A stretch of DNA of 64,000 bases from Draconibacterium sp. Its GTDB lineage: Bacteria; Bacteroidota; Bacteroidia; Bacteroidales; Prolixibacteraceae. Under the pieces are notes generated by a model, which worked only from the letters and a program-made list of their open reading frames with translations, was not told where the DNA came from and did no database searches. Positions 37,771-46,424 of this stretch are shown here, one piece after another (the first letter of the stretch is position 1; each line of letters starts with the position of its first letter). Location of the stretch: contig WOYV01000111.1 of assembly GCA_011620585.1 (NCBI GenBank), positions 81,544 to 145,543 of the forward strand, read 5' to 3'. A program made the translations under genes and the position numbers.

Positions 37771-39036
37771 TCAGACCTGAAAGTCTTTAACTCCCGGAAA
37801 ATCAAGCGTTGAAAAATAATCATCGAGTGTTTCAGCACGACGAATTTGTGCCACATCGCCGTTTTCACGGAGTAATAACTCGGCTGATCGCAGCTTTCCG
37901 TTATATTGAAATCCCATCGAATGACCGTGGGCACCGGCATCATGGATCACCACAATATCGTTGGGTTCAATTTTTGGCAACAGGCGGCCGATGGCAAATT
38001 TATCGTTGTTCTCGCATAACGAGCCGGTTACGTCGTACTTGTATTTTGCTTCATCGTTTTCTTTTCCAACAACAGTAATATGATGATAGGCTCCGTATAA
38101 GGCAGGGCGCATCAGGTTGGCCATGCAGGCATCGAGCCCGGCAAAACTTTTATAGGTGTTTTTTATGTGGCGCACTTTAGTAACCAGGTACCCGAACGGA
38201 CCAGTAATCGCGCGCCCGAGTTCAAAGAAAATTTTAAGTGGTGCAAGTCCGTTTCCAGCGATCATTTCTTCGTACAGCTTTTTAATTCCTGCACTCACAA
38301 ATTTCAAATCTACTGCCTTTTCTTCCGGACGGTAAGGAATTCCAATTCCACCACCCAGGTTGGCAAATTCAATACGGATACCGGTTTTCTCATACACTTC
38401 AACAATCAGTTTAAAAAGCAGCTCGGCGGTTTCCACAAAATACGAGGGATCGAGTTCGTTCGATGCCACCATCGTGTGTATCCCAAAATGCTTCACGCCT
38501 TTTTCTTTCAACATAAGGTAACCCTCGATCATCTGTTCGTGGGTAAAACCATATTTGGCATCTTCGGGGTGACCGATAATCAGGTTGCCCTGTTTCAGAT
38601 CGCCGGGATTGTAACGCATACAAATGGTTTCGGGCAAACCCACGTGTTTTTCCACATATTCGATGTGCGAAATATCGTCGAGGTTGATGATGGCGCCCAT
38701 ATCTTTTGCCAGTTGAAACTCGTGAGCCGGCGTATCGTTCGAAGTCAGTATAATTTCGTCGCCACTCATCCCGACACGTTTGGCAAGCTCCAGTTCGGCA
38801 GTCGAACTACAGTCGATTCCAAAACCTTCTTCCCTTAAAATTTTCATCAGGTAAGGATTCGGAGCAGCTTTTATCGCGTAGTATTCCTTAAAACCTTCGT
38901 TCCACGAAAAGGCCTTTTTAAATGCCCTTGCATTTTCACGGATTGCTTTTTCGTCATAAATATGAAACGGGGTCGGATGATTTTCGATAATCGCTTCCAG
39001 TTGCTCTTTTGAAAACGGTAGTTTTTTGTCTGCCAT
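37771..39036 (-). CDS. Fold-type III PLP-dependent decarboxylase (diaminopimelate decarboxylase-like)
   Basis: Orn/DAP/Arg decarboxylase family-2 blocks: TPFHIYDE, YAIKAAPNPYLMKIL (PLP-Lys region), GIHTMVASN, NLGGGIGIPY, ELGRAITGP, GSLCENNDKF and IHDAGAHGHSMG. Substrate specificity is not established from sequence alone. Confidence 0.65.
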   Translation of the reverse strand: MADKKLPFSKEQLEAIIENHPTPFHIYDEKAIRENARAFKKAFSWNEGFKEYYAIKAAPNPYLMKILREEGFGIDCSSTAELELAKRVGMSGDEIILTSNDTPAHEFQLAKDMGAIINLDDISHIEYVEKHVGLPETICMRYNPGDLKQGNLIIGHPEDAKYGFTHEQMIEGYLMLKEKGVKHFGIHTMVASNELDPSYFVETAELLFKLIVEVYEKTGIRIEFANLGGGIGIPYRPEEKAVDLKFVSAGIKKLYEEMIAGNGLAPLKIFFELGRAITGPFGYLVTKVRHIKNTYKSFAGLDACMANLMRPALYGAYHHITVVGKENDEAKYKYDVTGSLCENNDKFAIGRLLPKIEPNDIVVIHDAGAHGHSMGFQYNGKLRSAELLLRENGDVAQIRRAETLDDYFSTLDFPGVKDFQV

Positions 39037-39141
39037 AACCTTATTGAAATTAAGGACAGCAAAAATACATTTTCTATCTGATTTTTATAGAATTAATCTA
39101 AATAATGGTTTTTGAATTAACCGGGAATTTACATATTCGCT

Positions 39142-39176
39142 GAGCCGTGAGCTTTGGGCTGTGTGCTTTGAGCTTT
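39142..39176. repeat. Degenerate heptanucleotide tandem repeat (5 units, consensus GAGCTTT)
   Basis: GAGCCGT GAGCTTT GGGCTGT GTGCTTT GAGCTTT, read directly from 39142-39176. It lies in the intergenic region upstream of the decarboxylase gene. Confidence 0.7.
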
Positions 39177-39324
39177 TTGAAAACGTTGTTGCAGATTGTT
39201 TGTTTTGGATACGTGTTACGGATTAAAAATAATGAGCGTTAATGTTAAGAGGATTCCCTTTCTTCAAAAAGATGAAATCCTTTTTTGTGTCCTTAACTAA
39301 AGACTCGAGACAAATGACTAATAT

Positions 39325-40860
39325 CTATTGTTTTTCCACCAAACCCATTGCCGCCCGAATCCCATCGGCTGCACTCGAAACAATTCCTCCTGCATAACCG
39401 CTTCCTTCGCCAATAATGTAAAGGTTTTCGAAGCCCTCGCACAGGCCGTTTTTTTCGCGGATTACCTGGATTGGCGCCGAAGTTTTACTCTCAAATCCCA
39501 ACAGGTTGCCGTCCTGAAACCCGTTCATTTTTCGAATAAAATCCTGTAATCCGGCCTGCATCGACGGGACTACTGCTTTGGGGAGAAGCTCCCAAAGTGG
39601 CGCCGCTTTTAATCCCAGCGGATAAGAGCTTTCGAAGTTTGAAGCCTTTTCTTTCATGTTCAGAAAACCTTGAATGCTGCAAATCGGGGCAGCGTAATCG
39701 GCTGAGAAGTCGTAAAATTTTTCTTCAAATTTCTGAAGCAATTCGATGGCTTCCACTGGCGAAACGGTTTTTCCGGCCAGTTCGTCGGGATGAAGGCCGG
39801 CCACACAGGCGGCGTTGGCAAACTGGCCGTTTCGCTTGTAATAACTCATCCCGTTTACGATGTTGTTGTTGGCATACGCAGTCGCCGGAACAACCGTTCC
39901 GCCCGGGCACATACAAAATGAGAAAACCTGGTGAATCCCGTCGGCAGGTGATGTAAGACGATATTCGGCGGCTTTTATCCCTGGCAATGTTGGCCGGCCC
40001 CACTGTGCACGGTTGATGGTTTCCTGTTTGTGTTCCATCCGGCTGCCAATGGCAAAATTCTTGGTACGGAAAGGCACGCCGCGCCTGATCAGCATCCGGA
40101 AAGTTTCCATCGCTGAATGTCCCGGGGCAATAAAAAGGGCATCGGCTTGTAAAGTGCCTTTCGAAGTCTGCACCTCTTTTATACGTCCGTTAATTACGAC
40201 AATGTCTTCCAATAAGGTTTCGAACATGAAAGAACCGCCCAGGTTTTCGAAAGCCTCTCGAAGGTTTTTAACGATCTTACGCAGGTTGTCGGTGCCCAGG
40301 TGGGGGTGTGCCATGTAAACGATCTCGGCCGGGGCTCCGGCTTCCACGTAACTTTTCAGGATAAAATGTTTTTCTTTTGAGATGTGTTTCGAACGCGAAG
40401 TGAGTTTCCCATCCGAAAAAGTCCCGGCGCCGCCTTCGCCAAAAGCATAGTTGTTTTGGGCATTAAACTCGCCGGTTCGTTCGAAATGCAGAATATCGGC
40501 GCCACGTTGTTTTACTTCCGAACCGCGTTCGATAAGCGTGACATCGAACCCCGCTTTTTGAAGCACAAAGGCATTAAAAAAACCAGCCGGGCCACTTCCC
40601 ACTACTACAATCTTTTTATTTCTTTTTTTGAACGGAATGTGGAGTTCTTCCTGTTCGGGGGCGTCGTTTCCTTTTATTTCGGGCGAATCAACCAGCACTT
40701 TTACCAGCCAGAATATGTTTTTTTTATTCCGTGCATCCAGACTTTTGCTTTCGATATTGAACGTGAAGTTTTTCAGGTTCAATGTTTTTGCAATCCGTTG
40801 TTCCAGTATTTCGTTGGTGAAATCGGTCGGTAACTTCAGACTGATCGTTTTAATTCCCAT
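39325..40860 (-). CDS. NAD(P)/FAD-dependent oxidoreductase (COG2509-type uncharacterised FAD-dependent dehydrogenase)
   Basis: Dinucleotide fold VVVGSGPAGFFNAFVLQKAGFDVTLIERG and C-terminal YIIGEGSGYAGGIVSSAADGIRAA. The start is taken at MGIKTISLKLP (40860) rather than the ORF-track 40929. Confidence 0.8.
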   Translation of the reverse strand: MGIKTISLKLPTDFTNEILEQRIAKTLNLKNFTFNIESKSLDARNKKNIFWLVKVLVDSPEIKGNDAPEQEELHIPFKKRNKKIVVVGSGPAGFFNAFVLQKAGFDVTLIERGSEVKQRGADILHFERTGEFNAQNNYAFGEGGAGTFSDGKLTSRSKHISKEKHFILKSYVEAGAPAEIVYMAHPHLGTDNLRKIVKNLREAFENLGGSFMFETLLEDIVVINGRIKEVQTSKGTLQADALFIAPGHSAMETFRMLIRRGVPFRTKNFAIGSRMEHKQETINRAQWGRPTLPGIKAAEYRLTSPADGIHQVFSFCMCPGGTVVPATAYANNNIVNGMSYYKRNGQFANAACVAGLHPDELAGKTVSPVEAIELLQKFEEKFYDFSADYAAPICSIQGFLNMKEKASNFESSYPLGLKAAPLWELLPKAVVPSMQAGLQDFIRKMNGFQDGNLLGFESKTSAPIQVIREKNGLCEGFENLYIIGEGSGYAGGIVSSAADGIRAAMGLVEKQ

Positions 40861-41109
40861 GGTGTTTTCACTTTGCGTAAAAATATGGAATAGGTTTATG
40901 AAAAGGAACACCTGCCGTAAAAATTGCATTAGTCTGTAACTGATCGTGGGTTTCGGGCGTCTATTAATTGTGAAAGGAAACGCAGCCGGGTTCGGTTAAG
41001 TGGATTGAAAATCCCATTCACCCCTTTTCCCGGCTTGTTGGTCGATAAAATTGTGGGCTTCTCTGCGGTTTTTTCACTTTTAACATGAAAACAAAAACAA
41101 TGTCCAGTT

Positions 41110-41540
41110 ATGGTTAGTCTAAGTAATGTTCACAAATTGTATGTCACGGGTCAAAACTCGCTCCATGTTTTAAAGGGGATCGATCTCGACATCGAACAAG
41201 GATTCGATAATGCGGTCGTCAGGGTCCGGGAAATCAACTCTTTTAAATATTCTGGGAATCCTGGATAGTTACGACGAAGGCTAATATTATCTGAATGGAG
41301 CGCTCATTAAAAACATGTCGGAGAAAAAAGCAGCCCAGCTGCGTAACGAACCCGTGGGTTTTGTATTCCGGTCGTTCAACCTGAAATCCGGATGACGTTT
41401 TTTTCAGACATCCCGAAGTAAGTTTTAGTATGGCTCTAAGAGCATTGTCGGTTTTAATAGCATCCTGAATTTTTGCAGCATTGATTCCGGCGCAAAGGGC
41501 AGTGAGAAGTAAACCTATTGATGCACTGAGAAACGAATAA
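41110..41540 (+). pseudogene. Remnant of a MacB/LolD-type ABC transporter: ATPase N-terminus joined to the last ~45 codons of an FtsX-type permease, with frameshifts and stops
   Basis: MVSLSNVHKLYVTGQNSLHVLKGIDLDIEQGF runs from 41110. A frameshift near 41203-41208 leads to IMRSSGSGKSTLLNILGILDSYDEG (Walker A). There is an in-frame TAA at 41282-41284, then YYLNGALIKNMSEKKAAQLRNEPVGFVFRSFNL and a TGA at 41393-41395. The sequence then goes straight to ...IFAALIPAQRAVRSKPIDALRNE* (41538-41540), the typical FtsX C-terminus. Walker B, the signature motif and most of the permease are absent. Confidence 0.75.
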
Positions 41541-41547
41541 CTCCTCC

Positions 41548-41574
41548 TTAAGTCCCTTCTAAGGAGGGACTTAA
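41548..41574 (+). terminator. Perfect 10-bp hairpin directly after the ABC remnant
   Basis: TTAAGTCCCT (41548-41557) pairs with AGGGACTTAA (41565-41574) across a 7-nt loop. There is no T-tract. Confidence 0.4.
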
Positions 41575-41633
41575 TAAAAGAGATTGAACTTTTGACAAAA
41601 TAAATACATGAATACAAAAAAACAATAACTGTC

Positions 41634-42266
41634 ATGAAAAAAGTATTTTGATTTTTAGGCGTTGCAATTTTAATCGTTTCGCAGGTTTCCGGTATTATCG
41701 ATGAGTTGTACATTGGACCCGGCGACCGCATTTCGGAAGGCCAGGTAGTATCCCGGATCAAGATTATTCTTGATATGGTAACCTTGAGTTCTGCTGAAAC
41801 CAGGGTGAACCGTGCAAAAATTAATTACGAATATTCTCAGATTGATTGCCACCGTCGGCAGAAACTTTTCGACAAGAATGTGGCCTGGTACAAAGAGTTT
41901 AAAACCACTAAAGTGGGATACGATCCAGCCAAAGAAGAACTCGCTGCCACCGAAAATAATCTCGAATTAATTAAAAACAGTGTAACAAAAAAGGCAGTAA
42001 GCGCTACCAATACCCTGGTTCGTTCAACCATCGACGGAATGGCGTTGGCAGTACCGGCAAAAAAAGGCAACTCGGCGATACCGGCAAACACCTTTAACGC
42101 AGGCCACTATTGCATCGGTTGCCGATATGAAAAGCGTAAAGTTAAAACCGGACTGTCAGATGCGATCAATATAGAAATTACCGGTGGCCTTAAAGCTGAC
42201 GATAAGGTGAAAGGCGAAAAGATCGATCCGAAGAAACTGAAAGAAGGTGAAGCGAACCAGGGTTAA
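41634..42266 (+). pseudogene. Remnant of an efflux periplasmic adaptor (HlyD/MacA family): nonsense codon plus internal deletions
   Basis: MKKVF, then TGA at 41649-41651 where TGG (Trp) would be expected, then FLGVAILIV in the same frame. This runs directly into QVSGIIDELYIGPGDRISEGQVV (lipoyl-like domain), a short coiled-coil-like region, LVRSTIDGMALAV and the C-terminal VKTGLSDAINIEITGGLKADDKV. The total is about 210 codons versus roughly 400 in intact adaptors. Confidence 0.7.
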
Positions 42267-42320
42267 TTAGGGATTTAAACAAGGTTTATGTAAATTAGTC
42301 GCAAACAAAAGACAATAAAA

Positions 42321-43658
42321 ATGAAGAATTTTCTCCCCTTATTTATGATGGTATTTTTCCTGGGTTTTACGGGAAATCTTAATGCCCAGGAACCCTGGGA
42401 TCTGCAAAAATGTTTTGACTATGCCCTTCAGAATAACATACAGGTTAAAAGGCAGATCCTCAACGCACAGTATTACGGGAACCAGGTAAAACAGGCCCGT
42501 GCCGATAAGTTGCCCAACCTGAACGCGCAGATAGGAAGCGATTACAGCTTTGGACGAACACTTAACTTCGATAACACTTACAAGAATACCAACTCGTCCG
42601 GGTTAAATGGTGGCATCAGCACCAACATGACTCTTTTTAGTGGAATGACGCTGAGTAACACCGTGCAACAGCGCGAACTCGATTTGGAAGCCATTACCAA
42701 TGATCTTCAAAAAACAAAAGACGATATCATGTTGTCGATTGCCGCTGAATATCTTGAGATTCTTTTTGCAGAAGAAGTATTAGGGGTTGATTCGGCTAAT
42801 ATTGTGGTGACCAAACAACAGCTTGAGCGTACTCGGCAACTGGTTGATGCGGGCAGCCTTGCAAGAGGATCGATGCTCGAAATTGAAGCCCAGTTGGCGC
42901 GAGAAGAACTTCAGTATGTAAACGACCAAAACCGTTTGCAGCTGGCATACCTGAATTTGTTTCAGTTTCTTGATCTTCCTTTAACCGAGAGTTTTACGAT
43001 TGAAAAGCCAAAACTCCCCGAGATACAGGCTAACCTGACCATGATGAATGCTTTTGACGTGTTCAACACTGCGATTAACGTTCGCCCGGAAATTAAAGCT
43101 GCACAATTGCGTGTTGAAAGTGCCCGCAAACAACTCGATATCGCGAAGGGAGGAGGGATGCCATCTCTTTCGTTTGGGGCAAATTATTACAACAACTACA
43201 ATAACCAATACACCAATCTCAATGGAGATAATATCAGTTTTGGGGATCAGATAAAAAACAACTATCGTGGGAGCCTCGGGCTTACACTTAATGTGCCGAT
43301 GTTTAATCGTTTCCAGGTAAAATATAGTATTAGCAATTCCGAAATCCAGATATATGATTCCGAATTTCAGCTACAGCAAGCACGGAACCTGTTACGAAAG
43401 GAAATTGAACAAGTATATACCAATGCCCTGGCATCGCTAAATCGTTATTTGTCAACAGATAAAGCGGTTACTTCGATGAAGGAAGCATTTCGTTATACGG
43501 AAGAAAAATTTAATATAGGGATGATCAATTCGGTGGAATATAACCAAAGTAAAAATAACCTCACCCAGGCTCAGTCGGATCTTATACAAGCCAAATACGA
43601 ATTTATTTTCCGTACGAAAATACTTGATTTCTACAACGGTGTTCCAATCACCTTGTAG
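42321..43658 (+). CDS. tolC: TolC family outer membrane efflux protein (intact)
   Basis: 445 aa. Signal peptide ending NLNAQE. Two OEP repeats (LQKCFDYALQNNIQVKRQ..., ...AQSDLIQAKYEFIFRTKILDFYNG). Confidence 0.85.
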   Translation: MKNFLPLFMMVFFLGFTGNLNAQEPWDLQKCFDYALQNNIQVKRQILNAQYYGNQVKQARADKLPNLNAQIGSDYSFGRTLNFDNTYKNTNSSGLNGGISTNMTLFSGMTLSNTVQQRELDLEAITNDLQKTKDDIMLSIAAEYLEILFAEEVLGVDSANIVVTKQQLERTRQLVDAGSLARGSMLEIEAQLAREELQYVNDQNRLQLAYLNLFQFLDLPLTESFTIEKPKLPEIQANLTMMNAFDVFNTAINVRPEIKAAQLRVESARKQLDIAKGGGMPSLSFGANYYNNYNNQYTNLNGDNISFGDQIKNNYRGSLGLTLNVPMFNRFQVKYSISNSEIQIYDSEFQLQQARNLLRKEIEQVYTNALASLNRYLSTDKAVTSMKEAFRYTEEKFNIGMINSVEYNQSKNNLTQAQSDLIQAKYEFIFRTKILDFYNGVPITL

Positions 43659-43687
43659 CCAAATCATGCTTAAACATTGTTTTTTGT

Positions 43688-43718
43688 GCCTCTGCCCGAA
43701 AGGTCGGGGGCTTTTTTT
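43688..43718 (+). terminator. Terminator after tolC
   Basis: GCC-TCT-GCCCGA AAGG TCGGG-GGC hairpin followed by T7 (43712-43718). Confidence 0.6.
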
Positions 43719-43816
43719 GTTTTTGTTGAACCATGTTTTTGGGCAAGGTTGTTCTTCGGCAATACAATTTAAATATCTTTGTTTCCAACTTAAATACCTA
43801 AATCTAATAAACGGTT

Positions 43817-45988
43817 ATGCGGAATTTATTTCTATTTCTGCTGTTGCTGATTGGAACATCTGTTTCAGCAGCCGGCTTTCTGAAAAGCGGGAACGACACC
43901 ACGATCAATACTTTCAACAAAGATTTTGTTTACCAGGTTAAGAAATTGCAATCACCTGTTGTTATCGATGGCGTAATTGAAGAACCCGACTGGCAGGCGG
44001 CTCAAAAAGCGGATAAGTTTTATAAAGTGTTGCCGGTCGACAGTGGATTTGCCACTCAGCCGTCGACTATGTTGATGGCTTACGATGATAAAGCGCTTTA
44101 TGTCGCACAGATTTTTTACGATACTATTCCCGGTAAAAGAGTGATGGAATCTTTTCGTCGCGATTTTTCGTTTGGCAACAACGATAATCTGCTTATGTTT
44201 TTCGATACTTTTTTGGACCAGACAAACGGTTTTTCGTTTGGAGTTTCAGCTTCCGGCGCCAAATGGGACGGTACCATGAGTAACGGTAGCGCAGTTTCGC
44301 TTGACTGGGATTGTAAGTGGGAGTCAAAAACCAAACAATACGACGACCGCTGGGTGACTGAAATGCGCATTCCTTTTAAATCGGTACGTTATCCTAAAAA
44401 CAGCCGGATTTGGTATGCAAATTTCAGCCGGCTCGATTTAAAGTCGAACGAAAAATCGGCCTGGGCGCCGGTTCCTCGTCAGTTTCCAACAGCCTCTTTG
44501 GCGTATACCGGGGTAATGAAATTCGAAGACCCTTTGCCAAAGCCGAAGATGCAATTCTCTCTTATACCCTATGTTTTTGGAGGCATTTCAAGGGATTTTG
44601 AAGCCGGGACCAATACCGAATACCGAAAGGATTTTGGTTTCGATGCCAAGGTTGGTCTATCGTCGTCGATGAACCTCGACCTGACCTACAACCCCGATTT
44701 TGCGCAAGTAGAAGTTGATCGGCAAATTGCCAACATCGACCGTTTTGAGCTTCTTTTTCCTGAAAAACGCCAATTCTTTCTCGAAAATAGTGACCTCTTT
44801 TCAAACTATGGTTACAATTCGGTCACTCCTTTCTTTTCGCGTCGAATTGGCCTCGATGCCCCGGTTTTGGCAGGTGCTCGGCTAACCGGGAAAATTGGTA
44901 ACGACTGGCGGATTGGATTTATGAATATGACCACTGAAAGGACCGACGGTTACCTGTCGCGTAACTTCACGGTTGTTTCGGTGCAAAAGAAAGTATTTGC
45001 GCGCTCGAACTTTGGTGTTATCATGGTTAACAAAGAAAATTTCGATGAACCTTTGGATACAAGCATGTATAACAGGGTGATCGGTTTTGATTATAACCTG
45101 GCAAGTGCCAATAATTTCTGGACAGGCAAGTTATTCTATCATCGTTCGTTCCAACCTGGCAACCCCGACAAACAATATGCACAGGGAGCTTCGCTTTCGT
45201 ATCAAACCAAACATTTTAATATGGAGATTTACGAAACGTCGGTAGGAGAAAATTACCTCGCAGAAACCGGTTATGTTCGCAGGAAAGGATATAGTTTCTT
45301 TGGCCCTAAATTGGGCTACAATTTTGTGCCCAATAAAAGAGTGGTGAGCCACGGTCCGCAGGTACAAGTGGATAACTATTTCGATCCGGAATACAAAAAA
45401 ATTGAACATGAGTACAGGTTCTCTTATGAATTGCAATTTCAGGATCGCTCTGAATTTGAGTTAAGCTACCATAACTATTTTGTTGAATTACAGGACGACT
45501 TTAACCCCACCAGCGATGATAACCATTTTTTGCCCGCCGGCTCGGAATACAAGTACGGTGTAGTTTCGCTGGAATTTATGTCGACACGGAGGACTCTGTT
45601 CAATTGGCAAATGGAAATGGCTAAAGGCTCTTTTTACAGCGGCAATATTCAGTATGTTGAGGGGGAAGTGGGTTACCGTTTTCAGCCCTACGTAAACCTG
45701 ACTATAAATTTCAATTACACCGACCTTGATTTGGGAGATCCTTTCGAGCGTGAGAAATTTGTTCTGATCGGGCCAAAAGTCGACATTACTTTTTCTGATA
45801 AAATTTTCTGGTCGACCTTTGTGCAATACAACGAACAGATCAACAACCTGAACATTAATTCAAGGTTTCAGTGGCGTTACCAGCCAGTTTCGGATATTTA
45901 CCTGGTATACACCGATAATTATTTTACCGATTCGTGGCTGTCGCGTAACCGGGCAATTGTGCTCAAAGTCACATACTGGTTTAATTAA
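43817..45988 (+). CDS. CBM9-like domain + DUF5916 outer-membrane beta-barrel protein
   Basis: Signal peptide. N-terminal VIDGVIEEPDWQAAQKADKFY...MAYDDKALYVAQIFYD...DWDCKWESKTKQYDDRWVTEMRIPFKSVRY is typical of carbohydrate-binding family 9-like domains. A long beta-strand-rich C-terminal region ends in an aromatic residue (VTYWFN). Confidence 0.65.
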   Translation: MRNLFLFLLLLIGTSVSAAGFLKSGNDTTINTFNKDFVYQVKKLQSPVVIDGVIEEPDWQAAQKADKFYKVLPVDSGFATQPSTMLMAYDDKALYVAQIFYDTIPGKRVMESFRRDFSFGNNDNLLMFFDTFLDQTNGFSFGVSASGAKWDGTMSNGSAVSLDWDCKWESKTKQYDDRWVTEMRIPFKSVRYPKNSRIWYANFSRLDLKSNEKSAWAPVPRQFPTASLAYTGVMKFEDPLPKPKMQFSLIPYVFGGISRDFEAGTNTEYRKDFGFDAKVGLSSSMNLDLTYNPDFAQVEVDRQIANIDRFELLFPEKRQFFLENSDLFSNYGYNSVTPFFSRRIGLDAPVLAGARLTGKIGNDWRIGFMNMTTERTDGYLSRNFTVVSVQKKVFARSNFGVIMVNKENFDEPLDTSMYNRVIGFDYNLASANNFWTGKLFYHRSFQPGNPDKQYAQGASLSYQTKHFNMEIYETSVGENYLAETGYVRRKGYSFFGPKLGYNFVPNKRVVSHGPQVQVDNYFDPEYKKIEHEYRFSYELQFQDRSEFELSYHNYFVELQDDFNPTSDDNHFLPAGSEYKYGVVSLEFMSTRRTLFNWQMEMAKGSFYSGNIQYVEGEVGYRFQPYVNLTINFNYTDLDLGDPFEREKFVLIGPKVDITFSDKIFWSTFVQYNEQINNLNINSRFQWRYQPVSDIYLVYTDNYFTDSWLSRNRAIVLKVTYWFN

Positions 45989-46345
45989 ACGTAATTTGCT
46001 GTAGTTCTGAATCCCACTGATTTGCAAATTATTTTTCGATCTGTATAAGGAATTATACATTTCTGATCTTAAAAAGATAACAGAACCTGCTTAGATTTTT
46101 TTAACATACACTTAAGTCGCTGGTAAATTCAATGTGGGCTTTGTTAAAATCGAGGTTTAACCAACGACGTTTTTTAATCACATCTTAATAAGTTCAACAC
46201 ATTCGTTTAACATGCACACCATACTTTTGTTTCCAGCTTTCCTAATCAAACCTGATTTTTGAATATGTTGTAATATTCAGCATAAACAGGGACAAACCAT
46301 TTTACAAATAATTTAATGCCAATTCAATAATTGAATAATAAAAAA

Positions 46346-46376
46346 GTGCCGGGTAATGTACCACTATCCCCGGCAC
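46346..46376. other. Stable hairpin in the susC-2 upstream region, flanked by an A-run (looks like a minus-strand intrinsic terminator)
   Basis: GTGCCGGG (46346-46353) pairs with CCCGGCAC (46369-46376). It is preceded on the plus strand by ATAAAAAA, which gives a T-tract after the stem on the minus strand. It lies about 50 nt upstream of the susC-2 ATG. Confidence 0.5.
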
Positions 46377-46424
46377 CAATCCTAAAAATAGTATTGACGT
46401 AATTTTTAAGAATTGTTTAAATCT

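Noticed and set aside
38167-38838. 223-aa plus-strand ORF inside the decarboxylase gene
   Set aside because: The minus-strand frame carries all the fold-type III PLP decarboxylase motifs. The plus-strand translation has no recognisable features.
40984-41035. Possible structured element AGCCGGG...(GGAT/ATCC)...CCCGGCT between the FAD-oxidoreductase gene and the ABC remnant
   Set aside because: It is a 7-bp outer stem closing a ~38-nt loop with only a 4-bp inner stem, which is too weak to call without covariation evidence.
41649-41651. In-frame TGA in the adaptor gene as possible Trp/Sec recoding
   Set aside because: Bacteroidota use the standard code. The same gene also has large internal deletions and the neighbouring ABC gene is wrecked, so a nonsense mutation is the simpler explanation.
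41243-41761. 172-aa minus-strand ORF spanning the ABC and adaptor remnant region
   Set aside because: It runs antisense to sequence that clearly encodes plus-strand ABC, FtsX and HlyD fragments, and it has no recognisable motifs. It is most likely a chance ORF made possible by the decay of the plus-strand genes.
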